Below, one piece after another: positions 1 through 7,086 of a DNA stretch of 13,257 nt. The translations under genes were made by a program, and so were the position numbers. The DNA comes from Treponema sp. (GTDB lineage: Bacteria; Spirochaetota; Spirochaetia; Treponematales; Breznakiellaceae). The DNA is taken from contig JAITNM010000033.1 in the NCBI GenBank assembly GCA_031290475.1, positions 1 through 13,257 on the forward strand, read 5' to 3'. Positions within the stretch are counted from its first letter, which is position 1. Each line of letters starts with the position of its first letter. Below the pieces are notes generated by a model. That model did not search any database. It saw nothing but the letters and a program-made list of their open reading frames with translations, and was not told the origin of the DNA.

Positions 1-573
1 AAGCTTGCGTACCGGATTTATAAGGATGGGTTCTTCCCCGATGTGATATACGTTTCCCTCCGGGGGGGCGCCTACCTGGGGAATGTAATCAGCGAATACT
101 TCAAGATCCTAAGGCGGGAAGATGAGGGACGGCCGGTATATTACGCCGCAGTGGTGGCCCGATCCTACACAGGGGTTGCGGCGGCGGAACAGGTAAAGGT
201 TGAAGGCTGGACCTACAACCCGGAACATCTCCGGGTGGGGGACAAGGTACTTCTGGTGGATGACATCTTTGATACCGGGAGGACCATCAACCACCTGACG
301 CAGATCATCCTGGAAAAGGGAATACCCCGGCGGGACCTTAAGGTTGCGGTCCATGATTACAAATACTATGTTGATAAGCCCAAACAGCTTCCCATTCAGC
401 CCGATTACTGGTGCCGGAAGCTTGAGCTTTCTATCAATGATGAAGACAAGTGGATTCACTATTTGAGCCACGAGCTTGTGGGGCTTACGGCGGAAGAATT
501 GGAAAAGCATTACTACGGCGATGATCCGGAGCTTCGGAAAATTCTCGGTTCCCTTACCCAGCGGCCCCTGTGA
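1..573 (+). CDS. Phosphoribosyltransferase family protein (type I PRTase fold), 5'-truncated at the window edge
   Basis: The reading frame is open from nt 1, so the gene starts upstream of the window; the first in-frame GTG at 43 is not the start. The PRPP-binding motif VLLVDDIFDTGRT is present. Stop TGA at 571-573 overlaps the next gene's GTG start (GTGA). Confidence 0.7.
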   Translation, partial: KLAYRIYKDGFFPDVIYVSLRGGAYLGNVISEYFKILRREDEGRPVYYAAVVARSYTGVAAAEQVKVEGWTYNPEHLRVGDKVLLVDDIFDTGRTINHLTQIILEKGIPRRDLKVAVHDYKYYVDKPKQLPIQPDYWCRKLELSINDEDKWIHYLSHELVGLTAEELEKHYYGDDPELRKILGSLTQRPL

Positions 574-1265
574 ATGATTCGTTGCGAAGGGTACATACCC
601 CGGCCCCTGGGGCGGAATCAAGGGTATGTACCCTGAGTCAAATACCTTACGAGAACAACATACCCCGACCGCTTGCGGCGGGGTTGTTGATTTGCGGCAT
701 TGATGAGGCAGGGCGGGGACCTCTGGCAGGTCCTGTCTGCGCCGCCGCAGTAATTCTGACCGATAATTTTAACCGGGGTATATTAAAGGATTCCAAAAAA
801 CTAAGCGGCCCAAAGCGGGCGGAGGCCATGCAGGTTATCTACGCGGAGGCCCTGGCCTGGGGCGTGGGCTGGGCCTCGGCCGCGGAAATTGACGAACTCA
901 ACATTCACCACGCGGCCCTTTTGGCCATGAAGCGGGCCTTTCTGGAAATGCGGCGGGGTATGGTGCCGTCCGCCGCCGGTAATGGACAGGGCGCGGATAT
1001 TACCGCTATTGTTGACGGCAAATTTGTCCCCGGCATCCCCGTCCCCTGCAAGGCCCTGGTCAAGGCCGATGACCAGATCCCGGAAGTGATGGCCGCTTCC
1101 ATCCTCGCCAAGACCGCCCGTGACCGTATGATGGAGCGCTACTCCTGGTTCTACCCGGAATACGGCTACGAAAAACACAAGGGCTATCCCACCGTCTTTC
1201 ACTATGCCCGGCTTGCAAAGTACGGACCCTCGCCCATACAGCGTATGAGTTTCAGGTGGCGGTAG
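570..1265 (+). CDS. rnhB: Ribonuclease HII
   Basis: GIDEAGRGPLAGPV catalytic motif and RNase HII-like length. A GTG at 570 overlaps the upstream stop (GTGA). The real start may be an internal TTG near 670-690, because about 40 aa precede the conserved LxxGIDE block versus about 10 in typical RnhB. Confidence 0.85.
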   Translation: MNDSLRRVHTPAPGAESRVCTLSQIPYENNIPRPLAAGLLICGIDEAGRGPLAGPVCAAAVILTDNFNRGILKDSKKLSGPKRAEAMQVIYAEALAWGVGWASAAEIDELNIHHAALLAMKRAFLEMRRGMVPSAAGNGQGADITAIVDGKFVPGIPVPCKALVKADDQIPEVMAASILAKTARDRMMERYSWFYPEYGYEKHKGYPTVFHYARLAKYGPSPIQRMSFRWR

Positions 1266-1324
1266 CGCTGCCCATGGAGGCCTACCCGTGGGGCTGCCCA
1301 TAGGGGCTTCCCCCTCAAACAAGA

Positions 1325-1867
1325 TCAGTAATTCGCCGCCCTGATCCAGAAATAGCCTTTGGGGTGTTTGCACACCGGGCAAAGTTCGGGCGCTTTTTTA
1401 CCTACCACAATATGGCCGCAGTTAGAGCACTGCCATACCTGGTCCCCATCCCGTGAGAACACCAGGCCGCCTTCAAGGTTGGCGAGCAGTTTCTTATACC
1501 GCTCCTCATGTTCCTTCTCTATGGCAGCTACCATTTTGAAAAGGGCGGCTATGTCTTTAAAGCCCTCTTCCTCGGCGGTTTTGGCGAAACCGGCGTACAT
1601 ATCGGTCCACTCGTAGTGTTCCCCCGCAGCCGCATCCTTCAGGTTAGCGGCGGTATCGGGGATATCGTTGTTATGGAGCAGCTTAAACCAAATTTTGGCG
1701 TGCTCCTTTTCATTATCCGCAGTTTCCCGGAAAAGAGCGGCTATCTGGTTATAGCCTTCTTTTTCGGCTTTGGATGCGTAATAAGTATACTTATTACGCG
1801 CCTGAGATTCCCCCGCAAAGGCGGCCTGCAAATTAGCTTCTGTTTTTGAACCTTTAAGTTCAGACAT
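1325..1867 (-). CDS. rbr: Rubrerythrin (di-iron ferritin-like domain plus C-terminal rubredoxin-like CxxC...CxxC)
   Basis: Paired E..ExxH motifs ([16 protein letters not shown]; [16 protein letters not shown]), C-terminal CSNCGH...CPVCKH, GGAGGG RBS upstream of ATG at 1867. Confidence 0.9.
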   Translation of the reverse strand: MSELKGSKTEANLQAAFAGESQARNKYTYYASKAEKEGYNQIAALFRETADNEKEHAKIWFKLLHNNDIPDTAANLKDAAAGEHYEWTDMYAGFAKTAEEEGFKDIAALFKMVAAIEKEHEERYKKLLANLEGGLVFSRDGDQVWQCSNCGHIVVGKKAPELCPVCKHPKGYFWIRAANY

Positions 1868-1906
1868 ATCTACCCTCCAAAAGACGCGCCTGGCACGTAT
1901 TTTTTA

Positions 1907-1935
1907 AGCATAGACTTTTTATTTGCGGGTTTCAA
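1907..1935 (-). promoter_or_regulatory. Candidate sigma70-type promoter for rbr (TTGAAA-17-TATGCT on minus strand)
   Basis: -35 at 1930-1935 and -10 at 1907-1912 on the minus strand with a 17-nt spacer; about 35-nt leader to the RBS. Confidence 0.4.
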
Positions 1936-1971
1936 ACAAATTTTTCATAAAAACAAGGACTTTTGAAAAAA

Positions 1972-2226
1972 AACAACAATTCCAATTCAAAAACTGTCCG
2001 GCTTTTATCGGCCAACTGCCGTTTTTTCGTAATTTCCTCACTAATAAGACAGCAATTCAGTATTGAACGCCATCGAAAGTGCCTCAAGAGCATACTTGAG
2101 GGGTGGCGGCGAAAAAAACATGGGCGGGACCACCGGGAGGACCCGTGTTTTTTTCGGCCGACAGGACCCCAAGTAAATTTTTCAAGGCAAAATTTCAATG
2201 TCTTTGTTTGAATTTGGAATTGCTGG
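1972..2226 (+). repeat. Intergenic repeat element, copy A. Core 2093-2226 is ~98% identical to the inverted copy at 6158-6307; outer part 1972-2092 is ~70% similar to 6308-6420.
   Basis: Direct comparison with the reverse complement of 6158-6420. The core differs by 2 substitutions plus one 16-nt indel. It contains a GC hairpin flanked by A7 and T7. Confidence 0.75.
2112..2154. terminator. Bidirectional intrinsic terminator-like hairpin inside repeat copy A
   Basis: AAAAAAA-ACATGGG-CGGGACCACCGGGAGGA-CCCGTGT-TTTTTTT: a 7-bp GC-rich stem (one U.G) with an A-tract 5' and a T-tract 3'. Confidence 0.5.
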
Positions 2227-2228
2227 AA

Positions 2229-2259
2229 TAAAAAAGCCGCCTCGCAAGGCAGCTTTTTT
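2229..2259 (-). terminator. Rho-independent terminator downstream of rpsU (bidirectional, A6/T6-flanked)
   Basis: AAAAAAA-GCCGCC-TCGCAA-GGCAGC-TTTTTT: a 6-bp stem with one mismatch, 25 nt past the rpsU stop on the minus strand. Confidence 0.55.
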
Positions 2260-2283
2260 GAAATGGTCCTTATGACCCTAAGC

Positions 2284-2487
2284 TTAGTATTCCGTTTTCC
2301 CTTTCCGGGATTTCTTGAGAAGTTTTCGTTTTATCGCTTTCTTTTTCCTGTTCAAAATGGTGGAGGGTTTTTCGTAATATTCCCGTTTTTTATATTCCCG
2401 GATGATACCTTCTTTTTCGACCATCCGTTTAAACCGTTTGATAGCCTTTTCCAGTATCTCGTTATCATCTACGATGATATGCGCCAA
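2284..2487 (-). CDS. rpsU: 30S ribosomal protein S21
   Basis: Basic 67-aa protein; the block [27 protein letters not shown] matches the S21 signature (RRFKR...EVRRREFYEKP). GGAGGTGA RBS sits 7 nt before a TTG at 2487. The tracked GTG at 2496 lies inside the SD and is unlikely to be the start. Confidence 0.85.
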   Translation of the reverse strand: MAHIIVDDNEILEKAIKRFKRMVEKEGIIREYKKREYYEKPSTILNRKKKAIKRKLLKKSRKGKTEY

Positions 2488-2527
2488 ACAAATCACCTCC
2501 TTTCCTGCCGGTCAATATGAGGCGCAT

Positions 2528-2547
2528 CTAAAAACTGAAGTTTTTAG
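2528..2547. promoter_or_regulatory. Perfect palindrome CTAAAAACT-GA-AGTTTTTAG in the rpsU upstream region
   Basis: 9-bp perfect arms with a 2-nt spacer, about 40 bp upstream of the rpsU start (minus strand). Confidence 0.4.
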
Positions 2548-2617
2548 AGATCCTCTATGGGCAAAGACTAACAAGGCGGTCCCCAGGTCAGCGACCCGCG
2601 AACCGCCCCTCCTTGCG

Positions 2618-3742
2618 TTACCAGTTCAGTTTACTGAATATCGCGTTTTTGTCAAGCAGGGGCCGGGCCATGAAGACATCGGGGTCCGCATTTTCTCCGG
2701 CTACCCTGATTTCCCAGTGCAGATGGGGTCCGGTGGCAAGCCCGGTGGACCCCGATAGCCCCAGGAGCGTTCCGGTTTCAACCAGTTCGCCTTCGTTTAC
2801 CCCCAGGGAATCCATGTGATAGTAAAGGGAATAAACCCCCGGAAGATGCTCAATAATCACCGAATTCCCGGTGACGATACGGGATCGCGCCAGGATGACC
2901 TTTCCCGGGGCGCAGGAAGTAACCGGCGTTCCCCTGGGCGCCCCGTAGTCGATCCCCGCGTGAACCGAGGCTTCGGTGGCGCCGGTCACGTAGCGAAACA
3001 TCCGGCGGTCCCCGAAAAAGCTCGTCCGCCGGGTGACGGTTACCGGAGCGGCAAAGGCTTCTTCGGCGTAGATGCTGCTTCCGGTACGGTTCAGGATGGC
3101 CCAGAGCCGGTTAGCCTCGCCGGTTTTTTGGGGATCCGGTTCGGTACGGATCGCGGTATTCCGCTCGTCCAGGTCGATGGTTTCAGAACCAAACTCCCTT
3201 TCAGGAACGGCAATCCCCAGTTCTTTTCCTTCAAGGCCTGTTATGCCTTCAACCACGACTTTGGCAAGCCCGGCCCGCATGGTGCTTGGTATGGTCAGGA
3301 GCGCCGCCAGCAATGCCGCGTTCGCGTCCGGGCCGGGACTTTTTTCATCCAGGGTGAAAAAGGCCGCCTTCCCCAGCCGTTCCCCTCCGGGGCTTACCAG
3401 TACCGCCCGGGGCGCCGAATTTACCGTACCTGTCTCTGGCCGGATAAATCCCCCCGGCAGGACCAGCGCCGCCACAAAAGGCTCCCCCGGCCGGGGGTTT
3501 TCGGGAAAGACTGCCAGGACCGGGGCGATAATGTTCCGCCCGGGAGGGGCAGGTTCCTGAGACGCCGGGACGGTCAATACCGGCGCGGCGCCGGAAAAGC
3601 TGGTTTCCGCCGCCGCCGCCAAGACGGTTTCCGCCCGGGGCGCATCTTCCGCTCCCGGCGGCGGGGAAGCGCAGGTGGAGGCGGCTAAGCTTAGGCTGAT
3701 GAAAAGCGCCGCCAGGAGTTTGTCGGGCTTTAGCCCTTCCAA
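2618..3742 (-). CDS. M23 family metallopeptidase (LytM/lysostaphin-like), secreted or lipoprotein, with an Ala/Pro-rich low-complexity linker
   Basis: C-terminal HAGIDYGAPRGTPV (HxxxD) and GPHLHWEIR (HxH) M23 motifs. The N-terminus has KPDKLLAALFISLSLAASTC, a signal peptide with a possible lipobox. The start is uncertain: a TTG at 3742 is proposed because the upstream 190 nt of open frame contains two perfect palindromes. The alternative is ATG at 3931 (437 aa). Confidence 0.75.
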   Translation of the reverse strand: MEGLKPDKLLAALFISLSLAASTCASPPPGAEDAPRAETVLAAAAETSFSGAAPVLTVPASQEPAPPGRNIIAPVLAVFPENPRPGEPFVAALVLPGGFIRPETGTVNSAPRAVLVSPGGERLGKAAFFTLDEKSPGPDANAALLAALLTIPSTMRAGLAKVVVEGITGLEGKELGIAVPEREFGSETIDLDERNTAIRTEPDPQKTGEANRLWAILNRTGSSIYAEEAFAAPVTVTRRTSFFGDRRMFRYVTGATEASVHAGIDYGAPRGTPVTSCAPGKVILARSRIVTGNSVIIEHLPGVYSLYYHMDSLGVNEGELVETGTLLGLSGSTGLATGPHLHWEIRVAGENADPDVFMARPLLDKNAIFSKLNW

Positions 3743-3746
3743 TAGA

Positions 3747-3772
3747 GAATTTTGCGATTTATCGCAAAATTC
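3747..3772. promoter_or_regulatory. Perfect palindrome GAATTTTGCGAT-TT-ATCGCAAAATTC
   Basis: 12-bp perfect arms in the recJ-to-M23 intergenic region; shares the GAATTTT(T)GC half-site with the palindrome at 3808-3838. Confidence 0.5.
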
Positions 3773-3807
3773 TACCTTGCAAACTCCCAAAGGAGCCGGT
3801 TTATCGG

Positions 3808-3838
3808 GAATTTTTGCTCCCTTATGGAGCAAAAATTC
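3808..3838. promoter_or_regulatory. Perfect palindrome GAATTTTTGCTCC-CTTAT-GGAGCAAAAATTC
   Basis: 13-bp perfect arms with a 5-nt spacer, about 64 bp centre-to-centre from the first palindrome. Confidence 0.5.
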
Positions 3839-3930
3839 ACAAGTCCGACAGGCTCCCAGGATCATTTTAACGGATACCGCGGAAAAGGCGCATTCGGCGG
3901 GAGGCCGCCTCTTTGTACCGGGTTTTTTCA

Positions 3931-6057
3931 TTAAACCCCGGTCCGCTTAAGATCGGTGATGATCATCTGGGGCGTTTCAATGCCGTTGAAAAAATTCCGG
4001 TTTACCTGGAATACTAAATCTACCTTGTCTTCCAAATCGAATTCTTTTTTTACCTTATCCGCAGCCTGCCAATACACCGCAGGCCATTTGTACTTTCCCG
4101 CATCCAGAGTGAGCTTTACATGTTTCGCCTCACTCTTTCCGATAAAGGACAGATCCGCCACCCGAAGGCCTTTGGCCATAAACACCAGAGGGCTGTTTTC
4201 TTCGCCGTAGGGCTCAAAACGATCCACTGTTTTAAAAATATCCGGAGTCAGGTATGCCTGGGGAAGCTCCGCATCAACAGTAACCGTGTTTTCCTTTTCC
4301 GCTTCCCCAAGTTCAATGGTACGGGAAGCCAGCTTGAGCCGTTCCAGAAAGGCTTCCCAATTTGCCATTTCCAGGCTGAAACCGGCGGCAAAATTGTGCC
4401 CGCCCCAGTCAATGAAAAATTCCGAGCAGGATTCCAACAGGGGCCGCAGTTCATAGCCCCTGGCGGAGCGGAAGGAACCTGTGGCGATTTCCCCGATAAA
4501 AGAGACCACCAGGGCAGGCGTCTTAAAGCGGTTTGCCAGGCGGTTCGCCATAATTCCTGTTACACCACGGGCAATGTTTTCCCCGGCGGCCATTACAAGC
4601 TTTTCTCCGAATAATTCAAGACTCTCCGCCGCCAGGGGCTCCACGATAGTCCAGATCTCCTCTCCCAATTTTTTCCGTTCTTCGTTCATACCGATGATTC
4701 CGGCGGCAAGGGTATCTCTGGTTTTAGGATCCTCTTCCATTAAAAGTTTAGCCGCCATGTCAGGGTTTCCCATCCTGCCTGCGGCATTGATGGCAGGACA
4801 TAGCTGCCAGGAAATGTCCCCCGCCCCGAGGTGTTTCCCGGCAAGGGAAAGCTTGAAGAGGAGATCCTGCAAACCCGGCCGGGGCGTTTTCTCTAAAGAG
4901 GCAATGCCGCTTCTCACGATGATCCTGTTCTCATCCCGCAGGGGCATGATGTCCGCTATGGTTCCCAGGGCGGCGAGCTGTAGATCCCTGCTGTCTTCGC
5001 CGGTAAAGTGGCGTTCCCGTCTTTGGAAGAACGTGGTAAACAGGTTAATGAAAACATCCAGTTCTTCCGCCGCCTTGGGGGAATACTTGGCAATCCGGGA
5101 AACTTCCCGCAGCCGGAGCAGGCTCTTCCCCGCGGTCTGGGGAATCTCCTTTCCGATCTCCTCCGCCATATCAAACATGCCTACTTCCACCGCGGAACCG
5201 AAAATTTTTGCAATGTTTTTTTTCTGGAGCTGCGCGTCCCACACAAATATCTCGTGCCCTTCAAGAAAAGCGGGGAGCCTGGTCCCGGAAATGTTCACCA
5301 TGCCCGGCACGACCGTCTCTGTTACCCTGCCTGTTACTACCAGGTTGCGCAGTTTTACTGCTTCAATGATGTACGCGTCATTTGAAGGCCTGGTATTAAG
5401 CAGGCACACCGAGTGGCCGTAGAGGCCGCTCTTCAGGGCAAAGCGCAGGGCGGACGCTAATTTGTATGCCACTCCGCACCCCGCAAGGTCCCGGAAAGGG
5501 TAGGAGGAGTCCTGCAGTTTGGGGTTTATAATAGCCAGCGCCGGGGGCAGTGTTTCCTGGGGGTTGTGGTGGTCGGTGATAATTACGTCGATTCCGAGTT
5601 CATTCGCCTTTTCAATTTCGGCAATACAGGAGATTCCGCAGTCAACAGTAATAATGAGGGTAATTGAATTTTGAACGCATTCCTCCACCGCTTCCACCGA
5701 AAGTCCGTAAGGATCATTCCCTACGGGGAGCCGCCAGGACGCTTCCATGCCAAGGCCGGAGAGGCAGCTTGTCAGGAGGGCAGTGCTTGTAATCCCGTCA
5801 ACATCCCGGTCTCCGAAGACCAGAACACGCTCTCCCTCTTCCTTGGCCGCCAGGATCCGGTCCACCGCATCCTCCATGGCGGAAAATTCAAAGGGATTTC
5901 TGAGATACCTGAGGTCATCTTCCAGGAAATACCGGATCTCCTCCCCGCCGGTGAGCCCCCGGCGCGCCAGAATCGACGCCGTAAGGAGATCGCAGCCGTA
6001 TTTCGCGGAGAGATCTTTTACCAATTCCTGAGGAATTTCCTTCTTTTCCCAAATCAT
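3931..6057 (-). CDS. recJ: Single-stranded-DNA-specific exonuclease RecJ (DHH/DHHA1 family)
   Basis: Motifs VLVFGDRDVDGITS and IITDHH (DHH), DWGGHNFAAGF (DHHA1 GGH); 708 aa; ATG at 6057. Confidence 0.9.
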   Translation of the reverse strand: MIWEKKEIPQELVKDLSAKYGCDLLTASILARRGLTGGEEIRYFLEDDLRYLRNPFEFSAMEDAVDRILAAKEEGERVLVFGDRDVDGITSTALLTSCLSGLGMEASWRLPVGNDPYGLSVEAVEECVQNSITLIITVDCGISCIAEIEKANELGIDVIITDHHNPQETLPPALAIINPKLQDSSYPFRDLAGCGVAYKLASALRFALKSGLYGHSVCLLNTRPSNDAYIIEAVKLRNLVVTGRVTETVVPGMVNISGTRLPAFLEGHEIFVWDAQLQKKNIAKIFGSAVEVGMFDMAEEIGKEIPQTAGKSLLRLREVSRIAKYSPKAAEELDVFINLFTTFFQRRERHFTGEDSRDLQLAALGTIADIMPLRDENRIIVRSGIASLEKTPRPGLQDLLFKLSLAGKHLGAGDISWQLCPAINAAGRMGNPDMAAKLLMEEDPKTRDTLAAGIIGMNEERKKLGEEIWTIVEPLAAESLELFGEKLVMAAGENIARGVTGIMANRLANRFKTPALVVSFIGEIATGSFRSARGYELRPLLESCSEFFIDWGGHNFAAGFSLEMANWEAFLERLKLASRTIELGEAEKENTVTVDAELPQAYLTPDIFKTVDRFEPYGEENSPLVFMAKGLRVADLSFIGKSEAKHVKLTLDAGKYKWPAVYWQAADKVKKEFDLEDKVDLVFQVNRNFFNGIETPQMIITDLKRTGV

Positions 6058-6119
6058 GTCTTATTCCGCACGTCCATGCAGGACGCGGCTTCCTTTTCCC
6101 TTGGAGGGGGGCTGGAAGC

Positions 6120-6148
6120 AGTATAGCAGGTAGGCCAAGGCTAAGCAA
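6120..6148 (-). promoter_or_regulatory. Candidate sigma70-type promoter for recJ (TTGCTT-17-TATACT on minus strand)
   Basis: -35 at 6143-6148 and -10 at 6120-6125 on the minus strand. The leader of about 55 nt contains a GCTTCC...GGAAGC hairpin. Confidence 0.4.
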
Positions 6149-6223
6149 GCAATTCACCCAGCAATTCCAAATTCAAACGAAGACATTGAAATTTTGCCTT
6201 GAAAAATTTACTTGGGGTCCTGT

Positions 6224-6238
6224 GCAACCTTCGGTTGC
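6224..6238. repeat. Mini-hairpin GCAACC-TTC-GGTTGC, present only in repeat copy B
   Basis: A perfect 6-bp stem with a 3-nt loop, sitting inside the 16-nt indel that distinguishes copy B from copy A. Confidence 0.5.
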
Positions 6239-6245
6239 TTGGCCG

Positions 6246-6289
6246 AAAAAAACACGGGTCCTCCCGGTGGTCCCGCCCGTGTTTTTTTC
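6246..6289. terminator. Bidirectional intrinsic terminator-like hairpin inside repeat copy B
   Basis: AAAAAAA-ACACGGG-...-CCCGTGT-TTTTTTT; here the stem is perfectly paired. It lies downstream of the flavoprotein gene on the minus strand. Confidence 0.5.
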
Positions 6290-6460
6290 GCCGCCACCCC
6301 TCAAGTACGTTATTGGGGCACTTTTTACGCCGGTTAATACTATGAATTGCAGCCTTATTGGGTAAGGAATCACTGAAAAAACTGGAGTTGGCCCGTAAAA
6401 ACCGGTTAATTTTCTGAATTGCGAATTGTTGCAATTCACCATTTAATCCTGCATGTGTTC

Positions 6461-7045
6461 TTAGGCTGTTACTGTTTCTCCTGCTTTTCTGCCTTGGGCC
6501 ATGGCTTTTGCGGCGGCATAGGCCGCCTGTTTCTTATAGTCATTGTTCCAGCGGTTGACGCTGATATAATCAAAGATCACGGCTCCCGTGTGACGGCAGA
6601 AACGGTCCATTTGTTCAAGACAGCTGAGCGCTCCGTTGCCGGAACCTCCCGGGGAGGCGACAAGCAGCGCCGGTTTGCCTGCAAAGGCCGAATCGGCCGC
6701 ATTGCCGTTGAACTGCTTTGTAGCTTCGCAACGGCGCAGGCGGTCAAAGAAATTCTTCAGGGCCTCTGCCATCTCTCCCCAATAGACCGGAGTGATAAAG
6801 CAGTAAGCCCCGGCGGACTTTATGCTTTCCTGAGCCCCGTTGAAACCGTCGCCGCCAAAGGCGCAGCGGTGCTGTTCCCGGCAGATCCCCCAGCCGTCGC
6901 CGCAAACGCGGCAGCGCTCAAGCTTCTCCAGGGTGAGTACTTCGTACTCCGCGCCGCCCTCCTTAAGCCCCCGGATGATTTCTTCCGTCACTGCATGACA
7001 GAGCCCGTCTTTTTTCGGATTCCCCGAAATGATAAGAAATTTCAT
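6461..7045 (-). CDS. Flavodoxin-like fold NAD(P)H-dependent FMN reductase / iron-sulfur-flavoprotein-like protein
   Basis: MKFLIISGNPKKDG N-terminus typical of the NADPH-dependent FMN reductase / flavodoxin-like fold. Compact Cys cluster CRVCGDGWGICREQHRC (Cx2Cx6Cx5C). AAGGAGGAG RBS 5 nt before ATG at 7045; the tracked upstream M at 7072 is less likely. Confidence 0.65.
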   Translation of the reverse strand: MKFLIISGNPKKDGLCHAVTEEIIRGLKEGGAEYEVLTLEKLERCRVCGDGWGICREQHRCAFGGDGFNGAQESIKSAGAYCFITPVYWGEMAEALKNFFDRLRRCEATKQFNGNAADSAFAGKPALLVASPGGSGNGALSCLEQMDRFCRHTGAVIFDYISVNRWNNDYKKQAAYAAAKAMAQGRKAGETVTA

Positions 7046-7056
7046 ACCGCTCCTCC

Positions 7057-7086
7057 TTTGCTTCTCCGGCATAAATCAAGTATAAT
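7057..7086 (+). promoter_or_regulatory. Candidate promoter TTGCTT-17-TATAAT in the divergent region (a second, TTGGAA-17-ATAATA, lies at about 7119-7147)
   Basis: Consensus-like hexamers upstream of the lipoprotein gene. The GTTCCA-N13-TGGAAC inverted repeat at about 7109-7133 lies between them. Confidence 0.35.

Larger units (their letters stand above)
6158..6420 (-). repeat. Intergenic repeat element, copy B (inverted relative to copy A); core 6158-6307
   Basis: The reverse complement aligns with 1972-2226. It carries the same A7-hairpin-T7 module (6246-6289) and an extra 16-nt hairpin. Confidence 0.75.

Noticed and set aside
109-621. 170-aa ORF antisense to the PRTase gene
   Set aside because: It lies entirely inside a well-supported gene on the other strand, has no recognisable motifs, and is typical of GC-rich antisense frames.
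1266-1324. Convergent-gene gap with CCCATGG...CCGTGGG and GGGGCTTCCCC hairpins as terminators for rnhB and rbr
   Set aside because: Stems are possible, but no U/T tracts follow on either strand, so any terminator function is weak. Not listed as a feature.
801-1382. 193-aa and 68-aa ORFs antisense to rnhB
   Set aside because: Antisense to a motif-confirmed gene with Gly/Pro/Arg-rich composition; a spurious open frame.
1963-2211. 82-aa ORF (and the 97- and 89-aa ORFs at 6141-6442) running across the repeat copies
   Set aside because: These frames exist only because the same non-coding repeat occurs twice. They cross A/T-tracts and the terminator hairpin, have no RBS, and look like low-complexity translation (the predicted proteins share EGWRRKKHGRDHREDPCFFRP simply by sequence identity of the repeat).
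2816-3688. 290-aa Arg/Gly-rich ORF antisense to the M23 peptidase gene (also 3072-3560)
   Set aside because: Antisense to a gene with clear M23 motifs; the RG-rich composition is the mirror of an Ala/Pro-rich coding strand.
4120-5422. Several ORFs of 125-313 aa antisense or out of frame within recJ
   Set aside because: All lie inside the DHH/DHHA1-confirmed recJ reading frame and have no independent support.
1972-6420. Inverted repeats as terminal inverted repeats of a transposon
   Set aside because: No transposase or integrase lies between them. The cargo is rpsU, an M23 peptidase and recJ, which are core housekeeping genes. The repeats carry terminator modules rather than transposase-binding ends.
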